Position numbers and translations under genes: made by a program
Shown: in pieces, positions 18,179 to 27,407 of the stretch
Layout of the letters: the number at the start of each line of letters is the position of its first letter
Numbering within the stretch: position 1 is the first letter of the stretch
NCBI GenBank assembly: GCA_036279475.1
Contig: DASUJB010000147.1
Coordinates: 1,070 to 65,069, forward strand
Direction: 5' to 3'
From: Acidimicrobiales bacterium
GTDB lineage: Bacteria > Actinomycetota > Acidimicrobiia > Acidimicrobiales > VFJN01
Length of the DNA: 64,000 bases
The notes under the pieces: generated by a model
Database searches by the model: none
What the model was told of the DNA's origin: nothing
The model's input: the letters and a program-made list of their open reading frames with translations, nothing else

Positions 18179-18571
18179 TCAGATCCAGCGGAGGACCTTC
18201 TTCTTCCACGCGTAGAGCAGCCCGAGGGCGAGGACAGCGATGAAGATGCCCATCTCCGTGAACCCGAACCACCCGTAAGCCTCGGCACGGGTGGCGAAGG
18301 GGAAGACGAACACCGCCTCGACGTCGAACAGCACGAACAGCAGAGCGAACAGGTAGTAGCGCACCTGTGTCTGGCCCCACATCGACCCGGCAGGATCGAC
18401 GCCCGACTCGTAGTTGACGTACTTCTCGGCCTGCGGGCGTACCGGGCGCACGAGGCGACCGAGGCCCAGGATCGTGCCCACCAGCGCGATCGCCACGCCC
18501 GCGAAGACGCCGACGGTGAGATACGACCGGAGGAGGTCCGACACGGGGGCGAGACTAGTGATCGCCTGCAC
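18179..18571 (-). CDS. nuoA: NADH-quinone oxidoreductase subunit A (operon 1)
   Basis: The C-terminal 120 aa of ORF 18179..18613 are NuoA-like ([24 protein letters not shown]). The start is ambiguous among GTG 18571, GTG 18544 and the ORF start at 18613. Confidence 0.8.
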   Translation of the reverse strand: MQAITSLAPVSDLLRSYLTVGVFAGVAIALVGTILGLGRLVRPVRPQAEKYVNYESGVDPAGSMWGQTQVRYYLFALLFVLFDVEAVFVFPFATRAEAYGWFGFTEMGIFIAVLALGLLYAWKKKVLRWI

Positions 18572-18652
18572 GAGGGGCCAAAGCTGCCCCGGGGCGCCCC
18601 GACCGCAGGTCAAGCAGGACCCGGGCGGGGGTCGGCCGAGCCGCCGCTGCCC

Positions 18653-19645
18653 TCAGGCGCACCGGTCGACGTAGCGCACGGCGTCGTGCTCGCCGACCGT
18701 GATCCCGATGACCGTCATGCCGTCGGTCTGGAAGGCGATGCCGGTGCCGTCGCCGGCATCGGCGCGGTAGATGTGCCCGTTCGACACCATCGGGTGGGGT
18801 CGGTCGTCGAGGTTGCCGGCGTAGGCCGCCAGCACCTGGTCCTGGGGCGCGCCCAACCTGATGGCGCTGTCGCTGGCACGGTTGGTGGGCAGCCCGGACT
18901 CGATGGAGACGGTCGACAGCACCCCCTGCGACGGATCGTCGACGCCGCGGTCGTCGGGGGCCCGGAACCGCAGCTCGAGGTCGAGCGCACCGGCCACCCG
19001 GGCCACGAAGCAGGTGCCCCCTGACGCCTCGAGCTCGGCCCGGTCGGGCTGGATGTTCATCCCCGCGGCCTGCAGGTCGGCGAGGGTAGCCCCGATCCGG
19101 AGCGGTCCCACCCCGTGAGGTGTCAGCTCGGCCCCGGGGTCGATGGTCCCGGGGGCGGTGGTGGGAGGCGGGGCCGTGGTCGACGGGGGTGGCGCACCGG
19201 TGGTCGGCGTGCGCGCCTCGTCCGCCTCCGGCGGAGCCGAGCCGCGGCCGTCGGCGGGGTCCTCGTCGGGGGACTGGACGGCTGCCAGGACGAGGAGCAG
19301 TGTCAGCACCGCCGCCACGATGCCGACGACGCGGCCCCGTGACGACGGGCGGGGCGGGCGCGGCACCTCCCCGGCACGCAGGCCCTCGAGGAGGTTGCGG
19401 TCGTCGATCACCGGCGGCGGCTGGGTGATCGGGCGGATCGCCGACCGGGGGGCCAGGCGGAGCTGGGGCTCGTCGGCCAGGCGGGCGTCGAGCTCGGGCC
19501 AGAAGTCGGGACCGTGCCGAGGGGGCGCCAGCCCCCGGAGCGCGGCCCCCAGCGGGCTGCCCGCCCCGGAGGGACCGGCATCGGCATCGGGCTCGGCGGC
19601 GTCGGGCCCCCCGGGGTGGGCGTGAGCGGGCGGGCGCCTGGTCAT
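18653..19645 (-). CDS. single-pass membrane protein, putative cognate anti-sigma/sensor partner of the upstream sigma factor
   Basis: 330 aa. Its ATG overlaps the sigma-factor stop (ATGA at 19642-19645). It has a Pro-rich cytoplasmic N-terminus, one TM helix (VVGIVAAVLTLLLVLAAV), a Pro/Thr-rich linker and a roughly 170-aa extracytoplasmic domain. There is no HxxxCxxC zinc motif. Confidence 0.55.
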   Translation of the reverse strand: MTRRPPAHAHPGGPDAAEPDADAGPSGAGSPLGAALRGLAPPRHGPDFWPELDARLADEPQLRLAPRSAIRPITQPPPVIDDRNLLEGLRAGEVPRPPRPSSRGRVVGIVAAVLTLLLVLAAVQSPDEDPADGRGSAPPEADEARTPTTGAPPPSTTAPPPTTAPGTIDPGAELTPHGVGPLRIGATLADLQAAGMNIQPDRAELEASGGTCFVARVAGALDLELRFRAPDDRGVDDPSQGVLSTVSIESGLPTNRASDSAIRLGAPQDQVLAAYAGNLDDRPHPMVSNGHIYRADAGDGTGIAFQTDGMTVIGITVGEHDAVRYVDRCA

Positions 19646-20871
19646 CGGGCGTTGCTCACGCCGCCAGCGCCGTCCGGCCCCTCCGCCTCGGCGGTCCCCC
19701 TGCGGGCGGTGTCCCGCGCTCGCCGCCGGCCTCGCCGGCCCCGTCCGCGGTCGGCTGGCACCCGGGTGTGCGTCACGGTCCCCTCCGAGGTCGCGGCACC
19801 ACGCGAGCCGGCCACCGGCCGCTCGCCGCCGGAGCCGGCTGGGGTGGGCGTCACCGCCGGCGCCTCCTCGCTCCCGGACGTGGCCCTCCTCCCCGGCCCG
19901 ACGCCGACTGCAGCGTCCCCGGACGCGGCGTCCCCCGCCGCGGCCGCGGCGACGGCGTCGTCCCCGGCCACTCCGTCGCCGACAGCACCGTCGCCGTCCG
20001 CCGGGGCGGCGGGCATCCCGGGGCCGCGGTCGGCATCGCCACCGGCGGCGGCCGGCTCGCCGACGACCCGTGCCGGCGGCACGCCGTCACCGCCACGCTC
20101 CTCCTCCTGCTCCTGCTCCGGGTCGGCCGGGGCGCCGCGGCCCGAGGCAGGTGGGCCGCCGCGGCCGGGCCCCTCGGCGGAGCCCTCGACTCCGGCCGCC
20201 GCGGCGCGGAGGGCGGCCGCGTCCTCGGCGGCGATCACGATCTCCTCCGAGAGGTCGGGCGGAGCGCTGTCGATGTCGGCATCCCCGGCCGGTAGTGCCA
20301 TGGCACCGACCGGCAGTGCCACCGCCCCGACCGGGGCCGCGCTGGACGGCCCGCCGACCGGGTCCGGCGACGGGGCCGCTCCGGCCGTGCTCGGGACCTC
20401 CGGCACCCACGGCGCCAGCCGGTCGCGGGCCACGGCCAGGCGGGCCTCGATCACGTCGACGCCCATCCCGAGGATGCGGGCAGCCGAGCGGGCGGTGAAG
20501 CCCTCCCGCTCCACCAGCACCACCGCCACCCGGTCGGCCGGCGCTAGCGCCACCAGGCCGGCGGCCAGGCCGGCGGTGGCGTCGGCCGGTGGCTCGCCCC
20601 GGCGGAGCTGGTCGATGCAGGCGTTGTAGACGGACCGGTAGAGCCAGGGCCCGACCTCGTCGCGGGGACTGATGCGGACCACGTCACGCCAGGCCCGCAG
20701 GTACGCCAAACCCATCGCCGCGTCCATCTGCCGCCGGTCGAGCACCAGCGCGTGGGTCAGCCCCCGCAGGCGACGGTCGTAGCGGGTGAGGAGCGCGGCG
20801 AAGGCCCGCCGGTCGCCTTGCTGCGACCGCCGGACGAGGGTGGCATCGCTCAGTCTTCGTGACTTGGGCAC
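19642..20871 (-). CDS. ECF-type sigma-70 family RNA polymerase sigma factor with a ~255-aa low-complexity C-terminal extension
   Basis: 409 aa, GTG start at 20871. The first ~153 aa resemble sigma regions 2 and 4 (RRSQQGDRRAFAALLTRYDRRL ... WLYRSVYNACIDQLRR ... LVEREGFTARSAARILGMGVDVIEARLAVARDRL). The rest is Ala/Gly/Asp/Pro-rich and ends in an Arg-rich patch. Confidence 0.8.
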   Translation of the reverse strand: MPKSRRLSDATLVRRSQQGDRRAFAALLTRYDRRLRGLTHALVLDRRQMDAAMGLAYLRAWRDVVRISPRDEVGPWLYRSVYNACIDQLRRGEPPADATAGLAAGLVALAPADRVAVVLVEREGFTARSAARILGMGVDVIEARLAVARDRLAPWVPEVPSTAGAAPSPDPVGGPSSAAPVGAVALPVGAMALPAGDADIDSAPPDLSEEIVIAAEDAAALRAAAAGVEGSAEGPGRGGPPASGRGAPADPEQEQEEERGGDGVPPARVVGEPAAAGGDADRGPGMPAAPADGDGAVGDGVAGDDAVAAAAAGDAASGDAAVGVGPGRRATSGSEEAPAVTPTPAGSGGERPVAGSRGAATSEGTVTHTRVPADRGRGRRGRRRARDTARRGTAEAEGPDGAGGVSNAR

Positions 20872-20916
20872 GGTCCGGTCACTGTCGGCTCGATCGGTCA
20901 GGGGAGCAGTGCGCCG

Positions 20917-20934
20917 CCGTGGGCGATTTCACCA
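20917..20934 (-). promoter_or_regulatory. Rex-operator-like AT-rich element upstream of the sigma factor gene
   Basis: The minus strand reads TGGTGAAATCGCCCACGG. Its core GTGAAATCGCCCAC differs at one position from the core at 42617-42630. It sits 46-63 nt upstream of the GTG at 20871 and matches the TTGTGAA-N4-TTCACAA consensus only partially. Confidence 0.3.
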
Positions 20935-20952
20935 CACTTCACGGCCGGGAGA

Positions 20953-20988
20953 CACCACCGACCGTCGGGCCGGCCGGCACCACCGACC
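20953..20988. repeat. 11-nt perfect direct repeat CACCACCGACC x2 (25-nt period) in the nuoN2-sigma intergenic region
   Basis: Copies lie at 20953-20963 and 20978-20988 and flank the GC palindrome CCGGCCGG. Confidence 0.5.
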
Positions 20989-21028
20989 GCCTCCGGTCCC
21001 TCCGGCGGCGCGGGACCTGGCCCGAGCC

Positions 21029-22570
21029 TCAGTTGACAGCGGTCAGCACCGGCAGGGCGTCGCGGGCGATGTCGGCGATCGAGCTGGGCCACACGCCCGC
21101 CACGAGGGTGACGGCCAGGCACAGCGCCAGCGAGATCCCCGCGCCCACCGGCACCGCGATGCGGGGGGCGGCGGGAGCCTCGTCGCCGTCGCTCATGTAC
21201 ATGCTGACCGTGATGCGCAGGTACATGAACGCCGAGATCACCGACGACAGCATGGCCACGATGGCCAGCCACTCCGAACCGGCATCCACCGCGGCGGTGA
21301 CGACGTAGAACTTGGCGAAGAACCCCGACGTGAGGGGGACGCCCGCCTGGGCCAGGAGGAAGACGGTCAGGACCATGGCCAAGCCGGGCCGCGAGCGGGC
21401 CAGACCCCGGTAGTCGGCCAACCTGTGGTGGAGGTCTCCCCGGCGACCGACGAGGGTGACGACGCCGAACGTGCCGGCGATGAGGAAGGTGTAGGTCGCC
21501 AGGTAGAAGAGGGCCGACTCGACACCCCGGTCCGACGCGGCCTGCACGCCCACCAGGACGAACCCGGCGTGGTTGATGGAGCTGTACGCCATCATGCGCT
21601 TCACGTCGGTCTGCACGACGGTGAGGACGGCTCCGGCCACCAGGGTCAGCACCGCCACGGCGCCGATCATGGGCTGCCAGTCGACCGAGTAGGCGTCGAA
21701 GGCCAGCACGAACACCCGCATCAGCCCGGCGAAGCCGGCCACCTTCACCCCGGAGGCCATCCACGCCACGATCGGGGACGGGGCACCCTGGTAGACGTCC
21801 GGCGTCCAGAAGTGGAACGGCACCGCCGCCACCTTGAAGCCCAACCCGACGAGCATGAGGGCCAGGCCGGCCAGCACCAACCCGTCGTCGGTCAGCACGG
21901 TCGTGCTGAAGAGCTGGAGGATCTCGACCAGGTTCGTCGTCCCCGTCCCGCCGTACACCAGGGCGATGCCGTAGAGGAAGAAGGCCGACGAGAAGGCACC
22001 CAGCACGAAGTACTTCATGCCGGCCTCCTGCGAGGTGAACCGGCGCCGGTGCATGGCGGCCAGCACGTAGGCCGCCATCGAGAGGATCTCGAGCCCCAGG
22101 AACAGGACCACAAGGTCGTTGGCCTGCGCCATGATCACGCCGCCCGCCGCCGAGAGCAGCATCAGCACGTACGGCTCGACGCCCTCCAGGCCCTCCCGCC
22201 GCAGGTACTCATCGGTCAGCAGGGCCGCCAGGACCACGGCTGCGGCGATCACCACGGTGGCGAAGACGGAGAAGCCGTCGACGCCGACCGCACCTCCGAG
22301 CGTGGTGAACGGCCCCCGCTCGGCATCCTGGACCTCCCGCCACAGGGGAACCGCCGCTCCCACGGCGCCCAGGGCGATGAGGCAGGTGAGGACGGTGTAA
22401 GCCGCCGTGGCCCGCCGTGAGGTCACGAACGCCGAGATCAGCAGGAGCACCAGCGCCCCGCCCACCAGGACGAGCAGCGGTGCCGCCGCCGACCAGTCGA
22501 CCGCCGGGGTCTCGATGGGGGACGGGTCGACGGGCAGCGGCTGGGACAGCTCCAGCAGGACCCCGATCAC
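21029..22570 (-). CDS. nuoN: NADH-quinone oxidoreductase subunit N (operon 2, 14-subunit type)
   Basis: 513 aa, with VPFHFWTPDVYQGAPSPIVAWM. The GTG start overlaps the nuoM stop (GTGA at 22567-22570). Confidence 0.9.
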   Translation of the reverse strand: MIGVLLELSQPLPVDPSPIETPAVDWSAAAPLLVLVGGALVLLLISAFVTSRRATAAYTVLTCLIALGAVGAAVPLWREVQDAERGPFTTLGGAVGVDGFSVFATVVIAAAVVLAALLTDEYLRREGLEGVEPYVLMLLSAAGGVIMAQANDLVVLFLGLEILSMAAYVLAAMHRRRFTSQEAGMKYFVLGAFSSAFFLYGIALVYGGTGTTNLVEILQLFSTTVLTDDGLVLAGLALMLVGLGFKVAAVPFHFWTPDVYQGAPSPIVAWMASGVKVAGFAGLMRVFVLAFDAYSVDWQPMIGAVAVLTLVAGAVLTVVQTDVKRMMAYSSINHAGFVLVGVQAASDRGVESALFYLATYTFLIAGTFGVVTLVGRRGDLHHRLADYRGLARSRPGLAMVLTVFLLAQAGVPLTSGFFAKFYVVTAAVDAGSEWLAIVAMLSSVISAFMYLRITVSMYMSDGDEAPAAPRIAVPVGAGISLALCLAVTLVAGVWPSSIADIARDALPVLTAVN

Positions 22571-24360
22571 GGCTGTGCCTCCGCGTGCTCGTCGTCGGCG
22601 GCGTCCTCGCCGGCCTCGTCTCCGTGGTCACCGTGCCGGGCCGCGCGGTCGTCGTCGGCGGCGGCCCGCTCCCTCTCCCTCGAGCCCCCGATGTCCGGCG
22701 ACACGAAGTCACTGTTCTCGTCCACGTGGGCGACCAGGCGGTCCACCGCCGGCTCCATGCGGTCGAGCACCGGCTTGGGGTAGACGCCGAGGAACACGAT
22801 CAGGCCGAGGAGGGGCGCCAGGACGGCTCCCTCCCGCCAGGTGAGCTCGGCGAACCTCTCGTTCTCGCCGTCGACCTCGCCGTGGAACACCCGTTGGTAG
22901 GCCCACAGGAGGTAGACGGCGGCCAGGATCACCCCGGCCGCGGCCACGACGGCCCACCAGCGCCGGGTCAGGAAGGACCCGATGAGGATCAGGAACTCCC
23001 CCACGAAGCCGTTGAGCCCCGGGAGGCCGATCGACGACAGCATGACCACGGTGAACACCGCGGCGAACACCGGCGCCACCTTCTGCAGGCCCCGGAGGGC
23101 GGCGATCTCCCGGGTGTGGCGGCGGTCGGAGATCATGCCGACGAGGAGGAAGAGCGCACCGGTGGACAGGCCGTGGTTCACGTTCTGCAGCAGGCCGCCC
23201 TGGATCCCCTGGGTCGTCAGGGCGAACGTCCCCAGGACGATGAAGCCAAGGTGGGCGACCGACGAGTAGGCCACCAGCCTCTTCAGGTCCTTCTGCATCG
23301 TGGCCACGATGGCGCCGTAGATGATGCCGACCACGCCCAGCGTGACGAGGCCCGGAGCGAAGAAGTTGGCGGCGTCGGGGAACAGGTACACGCCCAGGCG
23401 CAGGAGCCCGTACGTACCGAGCTTCAGCATGACCCCGGCCAGGATCACCGAGCCCGCCGTCGGCGCCTCGGTGTGGGCGTCGGGCAGCCAGGTGTGCACC
23501 GGGAACAACGGCACCTTGATCGCGAACGCCAAGGCGAAGGCCAGGAAGATCCAGCGGGCCGCCGACCAGTCGAGGGGGTTGGCGCTCGAGGAATCGTCGA
23601 CCACCGTCCGTGCGTCGGCGATCTCCTCCAGGTCGAACGACAGGGGCTGGTCCGCCTCCAGCCTCTCGACGCGGGTCGCCTCCGCCCTGCTCGGCTCGCC
23701 GTCGGCGCGGGCCAGTATCTCCTGCGCCTCGGCCCGGTTGGCGTCCTCGACGGCGTCGCGGTGCACGTAGGCGGTGGCCACGATGCCCACGAGCATGAGG
23801 GAAGACCCGAACATCGTGAAGAGGAAGAACTTCAGGGCGGCGTACACCCGGTTGGCGTAGCCCCAGCCGCCGATGAGGAAGTACATCGGCACGAGCACGA
23901 TCTCGAACATGACGAAGAACATGAAGAGGTCGCGCGCCACGAACACGCCGAGGCAGCCGGCCTCCAGCAGCAGCAACCAGGCGTAGTACGCCTTGGCGTC
24001 GTGCTGCGGCACGGCGCCGAGGAGGGCCACCGGGAAGAGCACCGCCGTCAGGACGACGAGGAAGAGGGAGATGCCGTCGACGCCGACGTGCCAGGAGACG
24101 CCGAAGTCGGACACCCACGTACGGTCGACGACGAACTGGTAGCCGCCGTCGCCGGCCTCGAACGCCACCATCAGCCAGACGGCCATGGCCACCGTCGCCG
24201 CGGTGAAGGCCAGCGCCACCGGCCGGTGGACCTCCGCCCGGGACCGGGGGACCAGGGCCACCACGGCGGCGCCGACGGCTGGCAGCGCGACGAGCGTCGT
24301 GAGGATGTCGAACGACGGCGCGCCGTTGCCGGCCTCGCTCGCCAGGAGGGTGCCCAGCAT
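22567..24360 (-). CDS. nuoM: NADH-quinone oxidoreductase subunit M (operon 2)
   Basis: The 852-aa ORF 22567..25125 was trimmed to the ATG at 24360, giving 597 aa. It overlaps the nuoL stop as ATGA. It has FPVHTWLPDAHTEAPTAGSVILA and a ~65-aa hydrophilic insertion. Confidence 0.9.
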   Translation of the reverse strand: MLGTLLASEAGNGAPSFDILTTLVALPAVGAAVVALVPRSRAEVHRPVALAFTAATVAMAVWLMVAFEAGDGGYQFVVDRTWVSDFGVSWHVGVDGISLFLVVLTAVLFPVALLGAVPQHDAKAYYAWLLLLEAGCLGVFVARDLFMFFVMFEIVLVPMYFLIGGWGYANRVYAALKFFLFTMFGSSLMLVGIVATAYVHRDAVEDANRAEAQEILARADGEPSRAEATRVERLEADQPLSFDLEEIADARTVVDDSSSANPLDWSAARWIFLAFALAFAIKVPLFPVHTWLPDAHTEAPTAGSVILAGVMLKLGTYGLLRLGVYLFPDAANFFAPGLVTLGVVGIIYGAIVATMQKDLKRLVAYSSVAHLGFIVLGTFALTTQGIQGGLLQNVNHGLSTGALFLLVGMISDRRHTREIAALRGLQKVAPVFAAVFTVVMLSSIGLPGLNGFVGEFLILIGSFLTRRWWAVVAAAGVILAAVYLLWAYQRVFHGEVDGENERFAELTWREGAVLAPLLGLIVFLGVYPKPVLDRMEPAVDRLVAHVDENSDFVSPDIGGSRERERAAADDDRAARHGDHGDEAGEDAADDEHAEAQP

Positions 24361-26375
24361 CAGATGTACAGCCTCGTGAGGAAGTAGCCCAGGACGACGA
24401 CCACGCCGGCCGAGATGCCCAGGGCATAGGAGCGGACGAAGCCGGTCTGCACGGTGCGGAGCCGGCGGCCCGACCCCCGGACGAGCGCGGCCACGCCGTT
24501 CACCGCACCGTCGACGACGTGGGCGTCGAACCACGCCACCGCCTCGAACGCCCGGGCCCCGGGCCCGCCGACGAAGCGGGTGACGGCGCCGTCGTAGAAC
24601 CACGCCCGGGCGAGGACCTCCGGCTCGACGGCACGGACCCTGTGCCGCAGGTAGACCAGCCCGGCCAGCAGGAGGCCGGCCAACGAGGCGACGATCGCCA
24701 CCACCGCCAGGGCCACCTTGGTGCCGGTGGCGACGTCGATGGCGAGCCCGTTGTCGCCGAGGACGGGCTCGAGCCAGTGCTCCAGCACCTGGAGGTCGGG
24801 GGTGAAGGGAAGGTTCAGCACCTCGGCGACGGCCGCCAGCCCGGCCAGGACCACCAGCGGCACGGTCATGAGCCAGGGCGACTCGTGCGGTCGGCCGTGG
24901 GTGCCCGTGGGCTCGGCGTCGTGGACGTCGGCCGCGGTGTCGGGCTGGCCAGCCGCCGCCTGCTCGCCCAGGCCGGCGGCCGACCCGGCGGGATCGCCCC
25001 CGGCCGGGGCGGTGACGGCGCTGTCGGGCCCGCTGGCCCATCGTGGCTCGCCGAAGAACACCAGGTACACCTGGCGGCTCATGTAGTAGGCGGTCAGCAG
25101 GGCCGTCACCAGCCCGATGGCCCACAACGCCTTCGCCTGCCCACCCCCGCTACCCCAGGCGTACAGCAGGATCTCGTCCTTGGAGAAGAAGCCCGAGAAG
25201 GGCGGCACGCCGGCGATGGCCAGCCACCCGACGATGAACGTGCCGGCGGTGAGGGGCATGAACCTCGACAGCCCGCCCATGCGCCGCATGTCCTGCTCCT
25301 CGTGCATCCCGTGGATCACCGACCCGGCCCCCAGGAACAGGAGGGCCTTGAAGAAGGCGTGGGTGACCATGTGGAAGATGGCGGCCACGTAGGCGCCCAC
25401 GCCCACGGCCAGGAACATGTAGCCCAGCTGGCTGATGGTCGAGTACGCGAGGACCTTCTTGATGTCGTTCTGGGCCACGGCGATGGTGGCTGCCACCAGC
25501 GCCGTGACGACGCCGACCCAGGCGATCACGTCCGGCGCCCAGCCGTAGCCCTCGGCCAGGATCGGGTTGACCCTCGTCATCAGGTAGACGCCGCCCGTCA
25601 CCATCGTGGCGGCGTGGATGAGGGCCGACACCGGTGTCGGCCCGGCCATGGCGTCGGGGAGCCAGATGTAGAGCGGGATCTGCGCCGACTTCCCCACGGC
25701 CCCGACGAACAGGAGCAGGCCGATGGCCGTGGCCGTGACCTCCGGCAGGGTGCCGGCCTCCCGCCCCACCTCGAGGAAGTCCACGGTGCCCAGCGAGGCG
25801 AAGGACAGGAAGATGGCGACCAGGAAGCCCCAGTCCCCCACGCGGTTGGTGACGAACGCCTTCTTCCCGGCGCTGGCGTTCGCCTCCTCGGTGAACCAGA
25901 ACGAGATCAGCAGGTAGGAGCAGAGGCCCACGCCCTCCCAGCCGAGGAAGGTGACCAGCATGTTGCTGCCCAGCACCAACATCAGCATCGAGAAGACGAA
26001 CAGGTTGAGGTAGACGAAGAACTTCGAGAAGTCGCGGTCCCCGTGCATGTACCCGATCGAGTACAGGTGGATCAGCGCCCCGACGCCGGTCACGAAGAGG
26101 GCCATCGTGATCGAGAGGGGATCGACGAGGAAGCCGACGTCCACCTGCAGGGCACCGACGGGCATCCACTCGAAGAGGGTCTGCACGAAGCGTCGGTCCT
26201 CGTGGTGCTCGCCGAGCAGGCCGGCCCACACGACGACGGCGGCCACGAAGCTGCCGGCGCACAGGACCGTCGCCAGCCAGCCGGCGCGCGGCTCGCCCAG
26301 CCGCCGCCCGAAGGCCGTGAGCACCACGAACCCGGCCAGGGGCAGGGCAGGGATCAACCAGACGAGTTCAAGCAC
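24360..26375 (-). CDS. nuoL: NADH-quinone oxidoreductase subunit L (operon 2)
   Basis: 671 aa, with MLELVWLIPALPLAGF and WLPDAMAGPTPVSALIHAATMV. Confidence 0.9.
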   Translation of the reverse strand: MLELVWLIPALPLAGFVVLTAFGRRLGEPRAGWLATVLCAGSFVAAVVVWAGLLGEHHEDRRFVQTLFEWMPVGALQVDVGFLVDPLSITMALFVTGVGALIHLYSIGYMHGDRDFSKFFVYLNLFVFSMLMLVLGSNMLVTFLGWEGVGLCSYLLISFWFTEEANASAGKKAFVTNRVGDWGFLVAIFLSFASLGTVDFLEVGREAGTLPEVTATAIGLLLFVGAVGKSAQIPLYIWLPDAMAGPTPVSALIHAATMVTGGVYLMTRVNPILAEGYGWAPDVIAWVGVVTALVAATIAVAQNDIKKVLAYSTISQLGYMFLAVGVGAYVAAIFHMVTHAFFKALLFLGAGSVIHGMHEEQDMRRMGGLSRFMPLTAGTFIVGWLAIAGVPPFSGFFSKDEILLYAWGSGGGQAKALWAIGLVTALLTAYYMSRQVYLVFFGEPRWASGPDSAVTAPAGGDPAGSAAGLGEQAAAGQPDTAADVHDAEPTGTHGRPHESPWLMTVPLVVLAGLAAVAEVLNLPFTPDLQVLEHWLEPVLGDNGLAIDVATGTKVALAVVAIVASLAGLLLAGLVYLRHRVRAVEPEVLARAWFYDGAVTRFVGGPGARAFEAVAWFDAHVVDGAVNGVAALVRGSGRRLRTVQTGFVRSYALGISAGVVVVLGYFLTRLYI

Positions 26376-26385
26376 GGGTTCCCTC

Positions 26386-26703
26386 TCACCCCTCGAGCAG
26401 AGCGGCGTCGTCGGCCGTGGCGTGGGGCCGCTTGCGCAGCAGGGCGACGATGATGGCCAGCCCCACCACGACCTCGGCTGCCGCCACCACGAGCACGAAC
26501 ACGACGGTGGACTGCCCCCCCGTGTCGCGCAGCATCCGGGAGAACGTGACGAACGTGAGCGTCACCGCGTTGAGCATCAGCTCGACGCACATGAACATCA
26601 CCAGCGGGTTGCGCCGGACGAGCAGCCCGAAGGTGCCGATGGCGAACAGCACCGATGCCAGGATCAGGTACCAGGCCGGTGTGACCTGGACGGCGGCGAT
26701 CAC
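26386..26703 (-). CDS. nuoK: NADH-quinone oxidoreductase subunit K (operon 2)
   Basis: This is the C-terminal 105 codons of the over-extended ORF 26386..28056. The GTG at 26703 overlaps the nuoJ stop as GTGA. It has CVELMLNAV and [10 protein letters not shown]. Confidence 0.85.
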   Translation of the reverse strand: MIAAVQVTPAWYLILASVLFAIGTFGLLVRRNPLVMFMCVELMLNAVTLTFVTFSRMLRDTGGQSTVVFVLVVAAAEVVVGLAIIVALLRKRPHATADDAALLEG

Positions 26704-27407
26704 GACGACGGCTCCTCTGCTGCCGGACGACCACCCGCTGCCTCGCCACCACGGCCGGCCGCCTGGCCGGCGGGGACCCGCTCGGCCCCGGCGGCCGCGC
26801 CGTGGCCGTCGCCCCCGGCGGCCCTGGCGGCTGCCGCCGCCATGCGCTCGGCGAGCTCTGCCGAGCGCTCCGCCTCGTCGGGCTCGACGATCTCGGGTTG
26901 CCGGGCCCGCCGGGCCAGCAGGACCGCACCCACGACGGCGATCACGAGCAGGACCGAGGTGATCTCGAAGGCGAAGAGGTAGTCGGTGAAGAGCGACCTC
27001 CCCAGCCGCTCGATGTCCGGCACGTCCTCGTCGACCTGACCGACGACGCCGGTGACCTCGTAGCCCGTGCTGGCCAGCGCTCCCACGATCAGCGCCAGCA
27101 CGCCGAGCGAGACGACGGCGGCCGCCACCCGCTGCCCCACCAGCGGCTCCACCCGCAGGTCGTCGGAGCGGTCCACGCCGAGCAGCATGATGACGAAGAG
27201 GAACAGGACGACGATCGCCCCGGCGTACACGATGACCTGGACCGCGGCCAGGAAGTTCGCCTCCTGGGCCACGAAGAGGACGGCGATCCCGAACAGCGTG
27301 CCCACGAGCGACAGCGCGGCGTGCACCGGGTTCTCGCTCGTGATCACGCCGAGGGCGCCGGCCAGGCAGGCGGCTCCGGCCACGACGAACACCACCAGCT
27401 CGACCAT
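26700..27407 (-). CDS. nuoJ: NADH-quinone oxidoreductase subunit J (operon 2), with an Ala/Gly-rich C-terminal tail
   Basis: 235 aa with an NuoJ-like TM core ([20 protein letters not shown]), followed by ~60 aa of low-complexity tail. Confidence 0.85.
   Translation of the reverse strand: MVELVVFVVAGAACLAGALGVITSENPVHAALSLVGTLFGIAVLFVAQEANFLAAVQVIVYAGAIVVLFLFVIMLLGVDRSDDLRVEPLVGQRVAAAVVSLGVLALIVGALASTGYEVTGVVGQVDEDVPDIERLGRSLFTDYLFAFEITSVLLVIAVVGAVLLARRARQPEIVEPDEAERSAELAERMAAAAARAAGGDGHGAAAGAERVPAGQAAGRGGEAAGGRPAAEEPSS

Noticed and set aside
22417-26453. Long plus-strand ORFs (22417..24387, 24519..26453) antisense to nuoM/L of operon 2
   Set aside because: The reasoning is the same as for operon 1: these are antisense, low-complexity charged translations, and the true genes lie on the minus strand.
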